Part shown: piece after piece, positions 49,094 through 60,551 of the stretch
Layout: each line of letters starts with the position of its first letter
Numbering within the stretch: the first letter of the stretch is position 1
Source of the DNA: Janthinobacterium sp.
Lineage (GTDB): Bacteria > Pseudomonadota > Gammaproteobacteria > Burkholderiales > Burkholderiaceae_D
NCBI RefSeq assembly: GCF_009923995.1
Contig: NZ_RFSK01000030.1
Span: 1,358-65,357, forward strand
Length of the DNA stretch: 64,000 bases
Reading direction: 5' to 3'
The notes under the pieces: model-generated
Told to the model about the DNA's origin: nothing
The model's database searches: none
The model's input: the letters and a program-made list of their open reading frames with translations, nothing else
Program-made: the position numbers and the translations under genes

Positions 49094-49770
49094 GAAAAAT
49101 CCATCCCGCCCTGTCCGCCCTGGCCCTGGCGGCCCTCGCCGCCTGCTCCAGCGGCCCGCCCGTGCCGGACTGGAAGATGAATGCGCAAGGCTCGATCGAG
49201 CGTTTCCAGGCCGCCTACCTGGGCGGCAACGCCCTGGTGGAGCAGACGGAATTCCAGCGCGCGCGCGAACAGGTGGGCGCCACCGGCAAGCTCGCCCTGA
49301 TCGCCAGGGTCGAGCTGCTGCGCTGCGCTGCCCGCGTGGCCAGCCTGGCCTTCGACGATTGCCCGGGCTTCGAAGCGCTGCGCGCCGACGCCGATGCACC
49401 CGACCGCGCGTATGCGGCCTACCTGGCCGGCAAGGCGCAGGCGGCCGACATCGCCCTGCTGCCCGAGGCGCAGCGCGCCGCGGCGGCGGCGACGCAGGAC
49501 ACGGCGGCTGCGGGCGCCGTGGCCGCCATCAGCGACCCGCTGTCGCAGCTGGTGGCGGCCGGCGTGCTGCTGCGCTCGGGCCGCGCCACCCCCGCCCTGC
49601 TGGAAACGGCCGTGGCGACGGCCTCGGACCAAGGCTGGCGCCGTCCCCTGCTGGCCTGGCTGGGCGTGCAGCGCCTGCGCGCGGAACAGGCGGGCGATGC
49701 CCAGGAAGCCGAACGCCTGCGGCGGCGCATGGATATCGTGGACAGGAGCGGCAAGCCGCTCTCCTCCTGA
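49090..49770 (+). CDS. Lipoprotein associated with the MlaE/MlaD pair
   Basis: Lipobox LAAC; start overlaps the mlaD stop (ATGA). Confidence 0.8.
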   Translation: MRKIHPALSALALAALAACSSGPPVPDWKMNAQGSIERFQAAYLGGNALVEQTEFQRAREQVGATGKLALIARVELLRCAARVASLAFDDCPGFEALRADADAPDRAYAAYLAGKAQAADIALLPEAQRAAAAATQDTAAAGAVAAISDPLSQLVAAGVLLRSGRATPALLETAVATASDQGWRRPLLAWLGVQRLRAEQAGDAQEAERLRRRMDIVDRSGKPLSS

Positions 49771-49857
49771 GCCGGCGCGCGGCGTGCCAGCCGCCCCCGC
49801 TTCAGGCATAATCGCAACAGGCCCACGGCGAGGCCGCGCAGGCAGCGAGGTGTGACG

Positions 49858-51167
<1,310 letters not shown>

Positions 51168-51171
<4 letters not shown>

Positions 51172-52499
51172 CCTTCCTTCACGGGCGCATACACGCGGAT
51201 GCCGAGGCGGCCGCCATTCTTGCCCTCGAAGTCGAGCAGCTGGGCGATCACGCGGGCCGTCAGCACGTGTTCGGCCGCCAGCAGCATGAGGCCGTCGCGG
51301 CTGATCAGGTCGCGCGACAGCACCATGCCCGGCTCCAGCTGGCCCGACAGCACCGTCAGGTCGCGCGGCGGCGGCTCCGTCTCGTCCATCACGGCGCGGA
51401 AGGCGGCCACCACGGCCGGGTCGTAGCGCTTGCCGACGCTGTCGTAGATCAGGGTACGGGCCTCGTCGGCGCGCAGGCTGCGCTGCACCATGGCGCCGAT
51501 CTGCAGGCCGTCGTAGTCCGACGCCAGCGCCAGGATGCGCGCCCCCAGCGGAATGGCCAGGCCCACGAGGCCGTCGGGAAAGCCGCCGCCGTCGAAGCGC
51601 TCCAGCTGCGAGCGCAGGATCACGGACACGGCGCGCAGCTCGTCGAGCGCCATCAGCAGCTGCTCGGCGCGCAGCGGATGCTTGCGGAAGGCGGCCAGCT
51701 GTTCGCCCGTCCAGGCGCTGGCGGGCAATTCCAGCAGCTCGTCGCTCAGGCTGAGTTTGCCGATATCCTTGAGCAGGGCCGCGATGAACACGTCGCGCGT
51801 CTCCTGCGCTTCCAGGCCCAGCGTCTGCGCCAGCTTGCGCGCCAGCTCCGCCACCCGCCGCGCATGGCCGGCCAGCTTGCCGCCGCGCATCTCGATCAGG
51901 TTGGAAAATACCTTGATCGTCGTCACGAACGTGGCCTTCAGGCGCTCGTTGGCCGCCTGCACCTCGTCGTGCGACTGCTTCAGCTGCTGCGTGCGCGTGG
52001 CCACCTTCGCTTCCAGGCTGGCGTTGAGCGCCTGCAGCTGCACGTTCTGGCTGGCCGTCAGCGCTTCCAGGCGCCGCTTTTCCTGCTCCAGCGCGCGCCG
52101 TTCCAGCGCATGGCGCACCACCAGCACGATATCGTTCTCGTCCCACGGCTTGGTCACGTAGCGGTAGATCTCGCCCTCGTTGATGGCGTCGAGGATGGAC
52201 TGGATGTCCGCGTAGCCCGTCAGCAGCAGGCGCATGGTGGCGGGCCAGCGCTGGCGCACCTGGGCCAGGAATTGCGCGCCATCCATGTGCGGCATGCGCA
52301 TGTCAGAAATGACCAGGTCCACCGCCTCGGCCTCCAGCAGGGTCAGGCCCGCCGCGCCGCTCTCGGCCGTCAGCACGCGGTAGCCGTGCGGGCGGAACAG
52401 GCGCCGCAGCGCCGACAGGATATTCGGTTCATCATCCACGCACAGGATGGTGGGCGGCGCGGCCGCGGTGCTGGTGCTCATGTTGTCCTGTTCAGTCAT
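51168..52499 (-). CDS. Response regulator with REC + degenerate HD-GYP domain + small C-terminal domain
   Basis: VDDE...SDMRMP...KPW receiver; LLKDIGK and SQLERFDGGGFP in place of LHDIGK and HHERxDGxGYP. Confidence 0.88.
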
Positions 52500-53956
52500 G
52501 GGGCGACGGCCTGCGCCTGGCGCACGGGCAAGGTGATGCGGAAAGTGGTGCCGCAGCCGGGCGTGCTGCGCACGTCGATGCGGCCATGGTGCTTCTGCAC
52601 CGTGCTGTAGGCCAGCGACAGGCCCAGGCCCGTGCCCTTGCCGACGGCCTTGGTGGTAAAGAAGGGGTCGAAGATGCGCGACAGGTGCTCGGGCGCGATG
52701 CCGCCGCCGTTGTCCTCCACCTCGATCCACACCTCCGCCGCGCTGTCGCTGCCCGTGCGCAGGGTGATGCGGCCCCGCTGCTCGCCCATGGCATGGGCCG
52801 CATTGACGACCAGGTTCATGATCACCTGGTTCAGCTCGGAGGGCTGGCATTCGATGTCGGGGATGTCGCCATACTGCCGCACCACGTCCGCCTTGTACTT
52901 GACTTCGTTATTCACGATGTTGAGCGTCGTGTCCATGCCCTGGCGCAGGTCGGCCCACACCCATTCCTGGTGCGCGTCCGTGCGGGAAAAGTCCTTCAGG
53001 TCCTGCACGATGCGGCGCACGCGCACGATGCCCTCCTTCGACTCGTCCATCAGCAGGGGGATGTCGGTGCGCAGGAACGCCAGGTCGATCTGTTCGCGCA
53101 GGGCGCGCAGGCGCTGCGCCACCTCGGGCACGGCAATGCCGGGTTCGGCCTCCTGGTAGGCGTCGAGCATGGAAAACAGGTCGGCCAGGTAGCCTTCCAG
53201 GGTGCCGAAATTGGAAAACACGTAGCCGATGGGGTTGTTGATCTCGTGCGCCACGCCGGCCGCCAGCTGGCCGATGGAGGCGAGCTTTTCCGACTGCAGC
53301 AGCTTTTGCTGGGCCAGCGACAGCTTGTTGTTCAGTTCCGTCAGGGCCAGGTTGCGTTCGCGCAATTCCGTGTCGGCCAGTTCGCGCTGGCGGATATCGT
53401 CGGCCAGGCGCTCGTTCATCTCGGCCAGCTGGGCCGTGCGCCTGGCCACCAGGTGTTCCAGGTTGGCGTGCGCCTTGCGCAGGGCGCTTTCCGCATGGTG
53501 CCGCTCCGTCACGTCGCGCAGGGTTTCGATGGCGCCTACCAGGCGGCCCTGACGGTCGCGCAGGGGCGCGGCCGTGAAGTGCAGCCAGTGGCCGTCGAGG
53601 CCGATATTCGCGAAGAAATCCTCGGCCTCGTAGGCGCCGGGAATGACGGCGGAGCGTTTCAGCTTGCCCTGGTACAGCTCGTTTTCGCCCAGCGCGATGT
53701 CGTCGGCCACCAGCAGGTCGGCCAGGCAGGCGCGGGGCTGGCGGTAGAACGCCTTCCAGTGGTTACGCGTGCCCACCATGTCGGCGGCGGAATAGCCCAG
53801 CAGCTGCTCGCAGGCGCTGTTCCAGTGGGTCACCACGTGGTCCGTGTCGATGGCGAAGGTGGCCACGGGATGGCCGTCGAAAAACGCCGACAGCGCGATC
53901 GCGTCGGGCGGCGGCGCGGCGGCGCCGGGCGGGCTCGCGTGCAGGTCGTCGCTCAT
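52496..53956 (-). CDS. Soluble PAS sensor histidine kinase
   Basis: [40 protein letters not shown]. Confidence 0.92.
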   Translation of the reverse strand: MSDDLHASPPGAAAPPPDAIALSAFFDGHPVATFAIDTDHVVTHWNSACEQLLGYSAADMVGTRNHWKAFYRQPRACLADLLVADDIALGENELYQGKLKRSAVIPGAYEAEDFFANIGLDGHWLHFTAAPLRDRQGRLVGAIETLRDVTERHHAESALRKAHANLEHLVARRTAQLAEMNERLADDIRQRELADTELRERNLALTELNNKLSLAQQKLLQSEKLASIGQLAAGVAHEINNPIGYVFSNFGTLEGYLADLFSMLDAYQEAEPGIAVPEVAQRLRALREQIDLAFLRTDIPLLMDESKEGIVRVRRIVQDLKDFSRTDAHQEWVWADLRQGMDTTLNIVNNEVKYKADVVRQYGDIPDIECQPSELNQVIMNLVVNAAHAMGEQRGRITLRTGSDSAAEVWIEVEDNGGGIAPEHLSRIFDPFFTTKAVGKGTGLGLSLAYSTVQKHHGRIDVRSTPGCGTTFRITLPVRQAQAVAP

Positions 53957-54792
53957 GCCAGCATGATCCGCGACATTTCATCGAAGGTGCGCTCGATGCG
54001 TGCGAACAGCGCGAACCAGGCCGCGTCGTCCGACGCGAAGCGCTCCCAGCCCGTGGCCGACAGGGGCGGCACGAGGGCGTCGTCCTGGCCGGACAGGTCC
54101 AGCCCGTGGGCAATGGCATTGGCCACGTGCACCACCAGCGCCAAGCCGCCGCCATCGAGCCGGTCGATGGCGTGGTGATCGGCGACGGCCTGCTGTATGG
54201 TCAGCGGAAATTTCCAGTAGGCGGCCAGGGCGCTGCCCACCTGCGCATGGTCCATGCCGATGACGGCCTGCTCTGCCGCCGCCATCTGGCAGTCGTGCGC
54301 CGCGCGGTAGCCGCGGATCTGCGCGTGTTCGGCGGGAAAGCGCGTGGCCAGCACGAGGGTGCCCAGGTCGTGCAGCAGGCCGGCCGTAAATGCCGTTTCC
54401 GGATTGACCTGCAGCTGCGGCGCCAGCACGCGCGCCGCCACGGCCGTGGCCAGCGAATGGCGCCAGAAGGCGGCAAAATCGAAGCCGCCGCCGACCGGCG
54501 CGAAGCTGCCCGTCAGGGCGCACGCCGTGACGAGGGTGCGGATGCTGTGAAAGCCCAGCACGGAAACGGCTTGCGGTATGCTGGTGACCTTGGACTGCAT
54601 GCCGTAGAACGAGGAATTGGCGATGCGCAAGGTCTTCGCCGCCAGCGCCTGGTCCAGCTCGATCTTTTGCGCCAGCACATGCACGTCCGTGTCTTCCTGG
54701 TCTATGCTCGACAGCAGTTCCAGCACCACGGCCGGCAGCGCGGGCAATTCCTGGATCTGGCGCACCAGTTGTTCAAAGCTGGGCCCCGTCAT
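53953..54792 (-). CDS. HDOD domain protein
   Basis: LPALP, DQALAAKTLRIANSSFYG, FWRHS, AGLLHDLG, WKFP. Confidence 0.9.
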   Translation of the reverse strand: MTGPSFEQLVRQIQELPALPAVVLELLSSIDQEDTDVHVLAQKIELDQALAAKTLRIANSSFYGMQSKVTSIPQAVSVLGFHSIRTLVTACALTGSFAPVGGGFDFAAFWRHSLATAVAARVLAPQLQVNPETAFTAGLLHDLGTLVLATRFPAEHAQIRGYRAAHDCQMAAAEQAVIGMDHAQVGSALAAYWKFPLTIQQAVADHHAIDRLDGGGLALVVHVANAIAHGLDLSGQDDALVPPLSATGWERFASDDAAWFALFARIERTFDEMSRIMLA

Positions 54793-55130
54793 GCCTGGCC
54801 TCCCTGCCGGTAGCGCTGCAGCAAGGCCAGCAGCTGCGCACCCGGCCCGTCCGGCGGCGTGGCGCGGAACAGCACGGCCAGGCGTTCCAGCCGGCGCGCC
54901 CGCTCCTGCTCGGCATGCGCCTGCGCGGCCGGGTCGTCCTCTTCCCCGGCGACGATCCAGCAGCGCTCCACGCCGCGCCGCCGCAGCGCGGCCAGGTTGG
55001 CCGCCGTCAGGGTGGCGCCCTGCGCCAGCAGCACCGCGCCGCCGGCATCGCTGAGCGCCTGCGCCAGCAGCATGCCTTCCTGCGCCTGCTCCAGCGCGAT
55101 CTCGCGGCCGCCGGGCACGTCGCCGCTCAC
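54789..55130 (-). CDS. Small hypothetical protein (stand-alone GM.LA...G..LL..G..LT domain)
   Basis: GTG start overlaps the upstream stop (GTGA) and the stop overlaps the HDOD start, so it is translationally coupled on both sides. Confidence 0.7.
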   Translation of the reverse strand: MSGDVPGGREIALEQAQEGMLLAQALSDAGGAVLLAQGATLTAANLAALRRRGVERCWIVAGEEDDPAAQAHAEQERARRLERLAVLFRATPPDGPGAQLLALLQRYRQGGQA

Positions 55131-55993
55131 GTGGGCGCTCCATGGCGCGTCAGCGTGACGAGGCTGCCGCGCGAGCGGGAGTTCGCGCCCATGGGATGAA
55201 TCGCCACCGCGTACGGCTGGCCGTCGATGGCGGCCAGGCCGGGCGCGCCCTGGCCATCGAACAGCTGCGGCAGGACCACGGCCGCCTCGTTGCCCAGCAG
55301 GGCCGCGCCCCGCTCGAACAGGCCGGCGGCGGCCGCATTGATGAAGGCGATCATGCCATCCTCGTCGAGTCCGATCACGGCCAGCGGCAGGAATTGCAGC
55401 AGTTCGCGGGCGATGCCCAGGCTGACCTCGTCGCGGCTGATCTGGTGCTGCTGCTGGCGCACGAGCACCTGCATCGCGGCATTTGCCGCCGCCAGGGCCT
55501 GGTTGGCGTCGCGCAGCTGGGCATTCAGGCGCGCGTTGTCGTCGTCGATGCCCTTCAGGCGGAACGCTTCGGCGATATGCTCGCGCAGCTGGTGGTCTTC
55601 CCACGGCTTGGTGAGGAACTTGAAGATGGCGCCCTCATTGACGGCGTCCGTGACGGCTTGCAGCTCCGTGTAGCCCGACAGCATGATGCGTATCGTCTGC
55701 GGGTACAGCAGCTTGGCCTTGCGCAGGAAATCAGCGCCCAGCATGCCGGGCATGCGCTGGTCCGAGACGATCACGTCGACGGCATGGCTGGCCAGCACTT
55801 CCAGCCCTTCCTGGCCGCTGCCGGCCGTGAGAATATGGTAGGCATCGCGCCGCAGCAGGCGCTTGAGCGAGGCGAGGATATTCTGCTCGTCGTCGACCAG
55901 CAGCAAGGTGCGCGGGGGCGCCTCGGGCGGCGCGGCGACGCCGGCGGCAACCGCCCCGGCCTCGGCCATCCTGTGCTCGTCGTGCAAATCCAT
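55127..55993 (-). CDS. Response regulator, REC + coiled coil + PAS-like C-terminus
   Basis: LVDDEQNIL, VSDQRMPGM, LTKPW, C-terminal IGLDEDGMIAFINAAA. Confidence 0.88.
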   Translation of the reverse strand: MDLHDEHRMAEAGAVAAGVAAPPEAPPRTLLLVDDEQNILASLKRLLRRDAYHILTAGSGQEGLEVLASHAVDVIVSDQRMPGMLGADFLRKAKLLYPQTIRIMLSGYTELQAVTDAVNEGAIFKFLTKPWEDHQLREHIAEAFRLKGIDDDNARLNAQLRDANQALAAANAAMQVLVRQQQHQISRDEVSLGIARELLQFLPLAVIGLDEDGMIAFINAAAAGLFERGAALLGNEAAVVLPQLFDGQGAPGLAAIDGQPYAVAIHPMGANSRSRGSLVTLTRHGAPT

Positions 55994-56157
55994 CGGACCA
56001 TCCTGTCGCCGCCGCAGCGGCATCGGAGCTTGCCTGGAAGGGAAAACGCCGCGCGCCACAGCCGGGCGCGGCAGCCTATTTGCCTGAAACTTCTTTGCCT
56101 AAAATTATACGACTAATTATTCCCTTGCGGCACTAATCTCGGGCCGCGCCGCCATGC

Positions 56158-56631
56158 TCATGCGCGAGCCGGACACGGCATGTCGCGGTAGAACACAAAG
56201 CCGCCCAGGCCGATGGCATCCGTGTCCGCCTTCACGCCGTACACCAGCGTGTTTTTCTTGCCATCGATGCGCAGCAGATTCTTGTGCAGGACAATCTGCG
56301 CATGCGACAACTCCAGCGAGGGCGTGGGCGCCAGCTGCAGGCTCAGCTCGGCGGTGGCGGGATCATAGGTCCAGCGGCCCGGATTGAAGAAGGCGAAGCC
56401 GCCGTCGAAGCGCAGGCTGCCATCCTTGAACTGGGTCAGGCAAATGCCGGGAAATTCGCTGGGCGGGTTGTACCAGGTGGCGGCCACGGCGGCATTGGCC
56501 GGCGCCTTGCCCGGCATCTGCATGCCGGCGCTCTCGTCCGGCTTGTCCGCTTTGCCGCCCAGGCCGGCGCAAGCGGCCAGCGCCAGCGCGCAAGCCATGG
56601 CGCCCGCGCGCGTGATGATCTTCATGTGCAT
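56158..56631 (-). CDS. Hypothetical lipoprotein
   Basis: Lipobox LAAC after a hydrophobic leader. Confidence 0.7.
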   Translation of the reverse strand: MHMKIITRAGAMACALALAACAGLGGKADKPDESAGMQMPGKAPANAAVAATWYNPPSEFPGICLTQFKDGSLRFDGGFAFFNPGRWTYDPATAELSLQLAPTPSLELSHAQIVLHKNLLRIDGKKNTLVYGVKADTDAIGLGGFVFYRDMPCPARA

Positions 56632-56711
56632 ACCGTCCCCTTGCTTTATAGAAACACAATCTTACGGCGGGACGGCTGGCCGTTCAAGCGGCCAGCGCAC
56701 ATAAGGGCGAT

Positions 56712-57983
56712 TTAGTTGTCGCCGCTGCCCTCGGCAGACTGGGCCGCCCTGGCCGCCGCTTCGCGCAATTTGTCCTTTTTACTCTTGCGCGCGCCCTTCA
56801 CGCCGCCGTTCACCGTATCCGTGGCGGGGTTGACGGGCGTGGGCAGCTCCGTCGGCTCGAAGCCGGCCACCACTTCGCGCACGATGCGCAAGTCGTTGCG
56901 GTTTTCGATCAGGCGGAAATGCGCTTCCGTATCGGCCGTCACGAAGCTGACCGCCGTGCCGCTCTCGCCGGCGCGGCCCGTGCGGCCGATGCGGTGCGTG
57001 TAATCGACGGCGGAACGGGGCAAGTCGTAGTTGACGACGGCCGGCAGGCCGGCGATGTCGATGCCGCGCGCGGCCACGTCCGTGGCCACCAGCACCTGCA
57101 GGCGGCCCGCCTTGAAGTCGGCCAGCAGCTGGCTGCGCGTGCCCTGGCTGAATTCGCCATGGAAGGCGCCCACGTGCAGGCCCGCGCGCTGCAGCTTGTC
57201 GGCCACGTGCTCGGCCGCGTACTTGGTGGCGACGAAGACCAGCACGCGCTCCCACTGGTGCTGCAGGATCAGGTAGCGCAGCAGTTGCGTGCGGCGCGGC
57301 ACGTCCACCGTGATGGCGCGCTGGACGATGTCAGGCTTGTCCTGCGGCTCGGACGCCACCTCGATGCGCACGGGGTCCGCCAGCAGGCTGTCGGCCAGCG
57401 CCTGCACGCTGTCGGGGAAGGTGGCGGAAAAGAACAGGTTCTGGCGTTTCGCCGGCAACAGCGCCAGGATGGCGTTGATTTCTTCGCTGAAGCCCATGTC
57501 GAGCAGGCGGTCCGCTTCATCCAGGACGAAGAGCGACACGCCGCCCAATTTGACGGCATTCTGGCGCACCAGGTCCAGCAGGCGGCCCGGGGTGGCGACG
57601 ACGATATCTGCGCCGCCGCGCAAATCCATCATCTGCGGATTGATCGACACGCCGCCGAACAGCACGGAAATCTTCAGCTTGACGGGCAGCGGCTTGGCCA
57701 GCGCGTGCACCGTCTGCCCCACCTGCGCCGCCAGTTCGCGCGTCGGCACGAGGATCAGCGCGCGCACCTGGCGCGGGCCGGCGGCGGGCGCCATCAGCGC
57801 CTGCAGCAGCGGCAGCGCGTAGGCGGCCGTCTTGCCCGAGCCCGTCTGCGCGGCGCCCAGCACGTCGCTGCCGCGCAGGATGGCGGGAATGGCGGCCGCC
57901 TGGATGGCCGTCGGCGCGGCATAGCCGGCCTTGTCAACGGCACGGACCAGGGCGGGAATCAGACCCAGGGAGGAAAATGGCAT
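56712..57983 (-). CDS. DEAD-box RNA helicase (RhlE-like)
   Basis: QTGSGKT, PTRELA, TPGRL, DEAD, SAT, HRIGRTGRAG. Confidence 0.95.
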   Translation of the reverse strand: MPFSSLGLIPALVRAVDKAGYAAPTAIQAAAIPAILRGSDVLGAAQTGSGKTAAYALPLLQALMAPAAGPRQVRALILVPTRELAAQVGQTVHALAKPLPVKLKISVLFGGVSINPQMMDLRGGADIVVATPGRLLDLVRQNAVKLGGVSLFVLDEADRLLDMGFSEEINAILALLPAKRQNLFFSATFPDSVQALADSLLADPVRIEVASEPQDKPDIVQRAITVDVPRRTQLLRYLILQHQWERVLVFVATKYAAEHVADKLQRAGLHVGAFHGEFSQGTRSQLLADFKAGRLQVLVATDVAARGIDIAGLPAVVNYDLPRSAVDYTHRIGRTGRAGESGTAVSFVTADTEAHFRLIENRNDLRIVREVVAGFEPTELPTPVNPATDTVNGGVKGARKSKKDKLREAAARAAQSAEGSGDN

Positions 57984-58046
57984 AGCGGGCCTTCTTTATT
58001 CGTAAAGTGAGACCGGCCGCGAAAGGCGGCCGGTCGGAATAGCGAC

Positions 58047-58075
58047 AGTATAAGGCAATGACCGTTAACACCCAA
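58047..58075 (-). promoter_or_regulatory. Candidate sigma70 promoter for the second helicase
   Basis: Minus strand TTGGGT-N17-TATACT; the -35 lies in the flank of repeat copy B. Confidence 0.4.
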
Positions 58076-58077
58076 CC

Positions 58078-58176
58078 AAACCTGCTGCGCGTCGGCACAG
58101 GCGGCCTGCGATGCTCACTGTACTATTCGTACAGTTCCGCTTCTCGGCCACCTCGTCCTTCCGCTCGCTACGGTTT
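58078..58176 (+). repeat. ~100-bp structured intergenic repeat, copy B
   Basis: AAACCTGCTGCGCGTC...GCTCACTGTAC-TATTC-GTACAG...CCGCTCGCTACGGTTT. Confidence 0.85.
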
Positions 58177-58201
58177 GATTGGGCGTCGTTGCGACAATAA
58201 A

Positions 58202-59260
58202 TCATTGCCTGGGCATTTGCAGCTGCGGGTAGCCCGCTTCATCGTAGCCCGGCATGCCGCGCCGGATGGCGTGCGAGAAGTCGGGGTCGTCATTCGCTGC
58301 CCGCGCGCGCGCCGTGATGTGGCCCCCGTCGCGCAGCTGCTGGAAGGCCAGGCCGGGCACCAGGCCCTTCACGTCGTACAGGTAGCGGTCCAGGTAGCCG
58401 GACACGAGCAGGCGGTAATCGACGGGCAGGCCCGGCACGATGCGGCGCACCATCTCGAAGACGATGGTGGTGCAGTTGGCCGTCAGGGTGTTGTAGAACT
58501 GCGGCTGGCGCTTCAGCGATTCCGCCTCGTCCAGGTAGGCGAGGAACAGCGAGCGCATGGCCGCCTTGGGCATCATCACGCGGTACAGATGCATGTCCTC
58601 GCCCCGCGCATTCGTGCGCACGCGCAGGATGTCGCGCTCGTCGGCGGCCACCAGGCTCATCTCGAAATGCTTGAAGAAGCCGCCGATGGCGGAAAAGCTT
58701 TCGCCCTTTTCCTTGCGGATTTCGATGGAAAACGTCAGGAAGCGCCCGTCCGCAAAGCCGAACGAGATCAGGGTGTGCGCGATCAGTGGCCCCGTCCAGT
58801 ACGACAGGGCCGCGTCCACCGTGCGCAGCTCGTCGAGGTTGTAGCTGCGCTGTTCCCACTTGACCGTGTAGTCGTCGTCGCTGCGCCAGTCGAAGTTGCG
58901 CACGTTCTCCAGGGTGACGATGCTGCCCTTCACGCTGCCCGTGACATTGCGCGCCACGTCGTCGGCCCACACGCGCTGCTGTTTCGGCATGATCAGGCTC
59001 CACCACAGCAACAACAGGAGAAAGCCGGCCGCATACGGCAGCAGCACGCGCGCGTCGCCGCGCATCCACCACAGCACGGCGCTGGCCACGCCCAGCGCGC
59101 CCCACAGCAGGGCGCCGATGCCTTGCGCGGCCACGCCCCCCGCCAACTGGTACCACAGCGCCAGGGCGCCCCACAGGGCAGTCAACAGGAGAATCAGGGT
59201 CACGGCCATTTTGCCGATGGTGCCCAGCACGGAGCGGGCACGGTGTGATAAGAAAGTCAT
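58202..59260 (-). CDS. DUF4105 domain protein (Lnb N-terminal-like)
   Basis: Three N-terminal TMs, VRNFDW, IAHTLISFGF, SIEIRKE, FYNTLTANCTT. Confidence 0.82.
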   Translation of the reverse strand: MTFLSHRARSVLGTIGKMAVTLILLLTALWGALALWYQLAGGVAAQGIGALLWGALGVASAVLWWMRGDARVLLPYAAGFLLLLLWWSLIMPKQQRVWADDVARNVTGSVKGSIVTLENVRNFDWRSDDDYTVKWEQRSYNLDELRTVDAALSYWTGPLIAHTLISFGFADGRFLTFSIEIRKEKGESFSAIGGFFKHFEMSLVAADERDILRVRTNARGEDMHLYRVMMPKAAMRSLFLAYLDEAESLKRQPQFYNTLTANCTTIVFEMVRRIVPGLPVDYRLLVSGYLDRYLYDVKGLVPGLAFQQLRDGGHITARARAANDDPDFSHAIRRGMPGYDEAGYPQLQMPRQ

Positions 59261-59439
59261 GCCGTAATTATAGGGGCAAGCGCGCCACCCCATGCATTCA
59301 GGCAAGCGGTGTGCAGGCGGACAAGCGCGAAACATTGCTTGCCTGCCAATTTATTTCATGCGAGTATCTTATCCAAATAAAATGTATAGACAAGACGGGC
59401 CATCCGCGCGGCCACGCCTTGCCACGTCCAGGAGACACC

Positions 59440-60144
59440 TTGCAGCTCCCTTCCCTCTACGCCGTCGCCGGCAGCCTCAATTCCCTCTTCATCGTCGTCA
59501 GCCTGTATGGCCTGTGGTCGCAGCTGGCAAAAATCTGGCGGCGCAAGCGCGATGCAGGCATCGGCGCCGGCAAGACGACGGACATCCTTTCCATCAACCA
59601 GTTCACCGTCAGCTTCCTCGCGTATTGCGCCTTCTTCGTGTACGGCTATTCGATCACGCCGTTCAACCATTACATCGTCTGGCCCCGTTTGATCGCCTCG
59701 CTGATCGCGCTGGCCATCCTGGTCGAGATCGACCGCGACCGCCGCAGTTTGACATCGCGCAATGCGCTGCTGGCCTGCGCGCTGCTGCTGGGCGCGGGCG
59801 TGGCGGGCATGGCTTTCGGCGCCACCTTCACGGATGAAAAGCGGCTGGTGTCGCAAAGCCTGATCGTCGCCGTCACGGTGCTGCTGGCGCAGGGCTATGC
59901 GCACCAGATCCGCCTGATCTGGCGCTCGGGCAGGACGGGCGCCGTGTCCCTGAAAATGAGCCAGTTCATCCTTGCCATGGATGCCAGCACCATCTTCTTT
60001 GCCTGCGTCATGGGACTGAAAACAGGCTGGCCCCTGCTGCTGCTCGCCTGCGTCAGCGCGACGACCAAGCTGGTCATCATGTGGCTGTTCCGCTGGGAAC
60101 AGACCAGCCCCGCCGCGCGCGTGAAGCGGCAGGCGCCGGCCTGA
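59440..60144 (+). CDS. 7-TM membrane protein with two PQ-loop/SWEET-like repeats
   Basis: TTG start after CAGGAG; repeats SQLAKIWRRK..KTTDILS and HQIRLIWRSGRTGAVS; 3+1+3 hydrophobic segments. Confidence 0.65.
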   Translation: MQLPSLYAVAGSLNSLFIVVSLYGLWSQLAKIWRRKRDAGIGAGKTTDILSINQFTVSFLAYCAFFVYGYSITPFNHYIVWPRLIASLIALAILVEIDRDRRSLTSRNALLACALLLGAGVAGMAFGATFTDEKRLVSQSLIVAVTVLLAQGYAHQIRLIWRSGRTGAVSLKMSQFILAMDASTIFFACVMGLKTGWPLLLLACVSATTKLVIMWLFRWEQTSPAARVKRQAPA

Positions 60145-60185
60145 CGCTAGAATGGCGCTATCGCCACCTTCCTGAAAGGCCCGCC

Positions 60186-60548
60186 ATGCAACTGTCCCCC
60201 GCCATCCCCATCCTGCGCAGCTTTTCCGAAGACAAGGCGCGCGAGTTCTACCTCGGCTTCCTCGGTTTCACGCTGGACTGGGAGCACCGCTTCGCGCCCA
60301 CGGCCCCCCTGTACCTGCAGGTGACGCGGGGCGGGCTCGTGCTGCACCTGAGTGAGCACTACGGCGACGCCACGCCCGGCGCGGCGCTGCTGCTCCCCGT
60401 CGACGACATCGCCGCCCTGCACGCGGAACTGCAGGCGAAGGATTACCCGTTTGCGCGGCCCGGCATCCGCGACGAGGACTGGGGCCGCATCCTGGAAGTG
60501 GCGGACCCGTTCGGCAACCGCCTGCGCTTCTGGCAGCGCAGCGCCTAG
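60186..60548 (+). CDS. Glyoxalase/bleomycin-resistance superfamily protein
   Basis: AIPILR, FYLGFLGF..DWEHRF, LHLSEH, DPFGNRL. Confidence 0.88.
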   Translation: MQLSPAIPILRSFSEDKAREFYLGFLGFTLDWEHRFAPTAPLYLQVTRGGLVLHLSEHYGDATPGAALLLPVDDIAALHAELQAKDYPFARPGIRDEDWGRILEVADPFGNRLRFWQRSA

Positions 60549-60551
60549 CCC

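Noticed and set aside
58011-58035. Hairpin GACCGGCCGC-GAAAG-GCGGCCGGTC upstream of the second helicase
   Set aside because: A single stem with no other regulatory-RNA features; cannot be told apart from an ordinary 5'-UTR stem.
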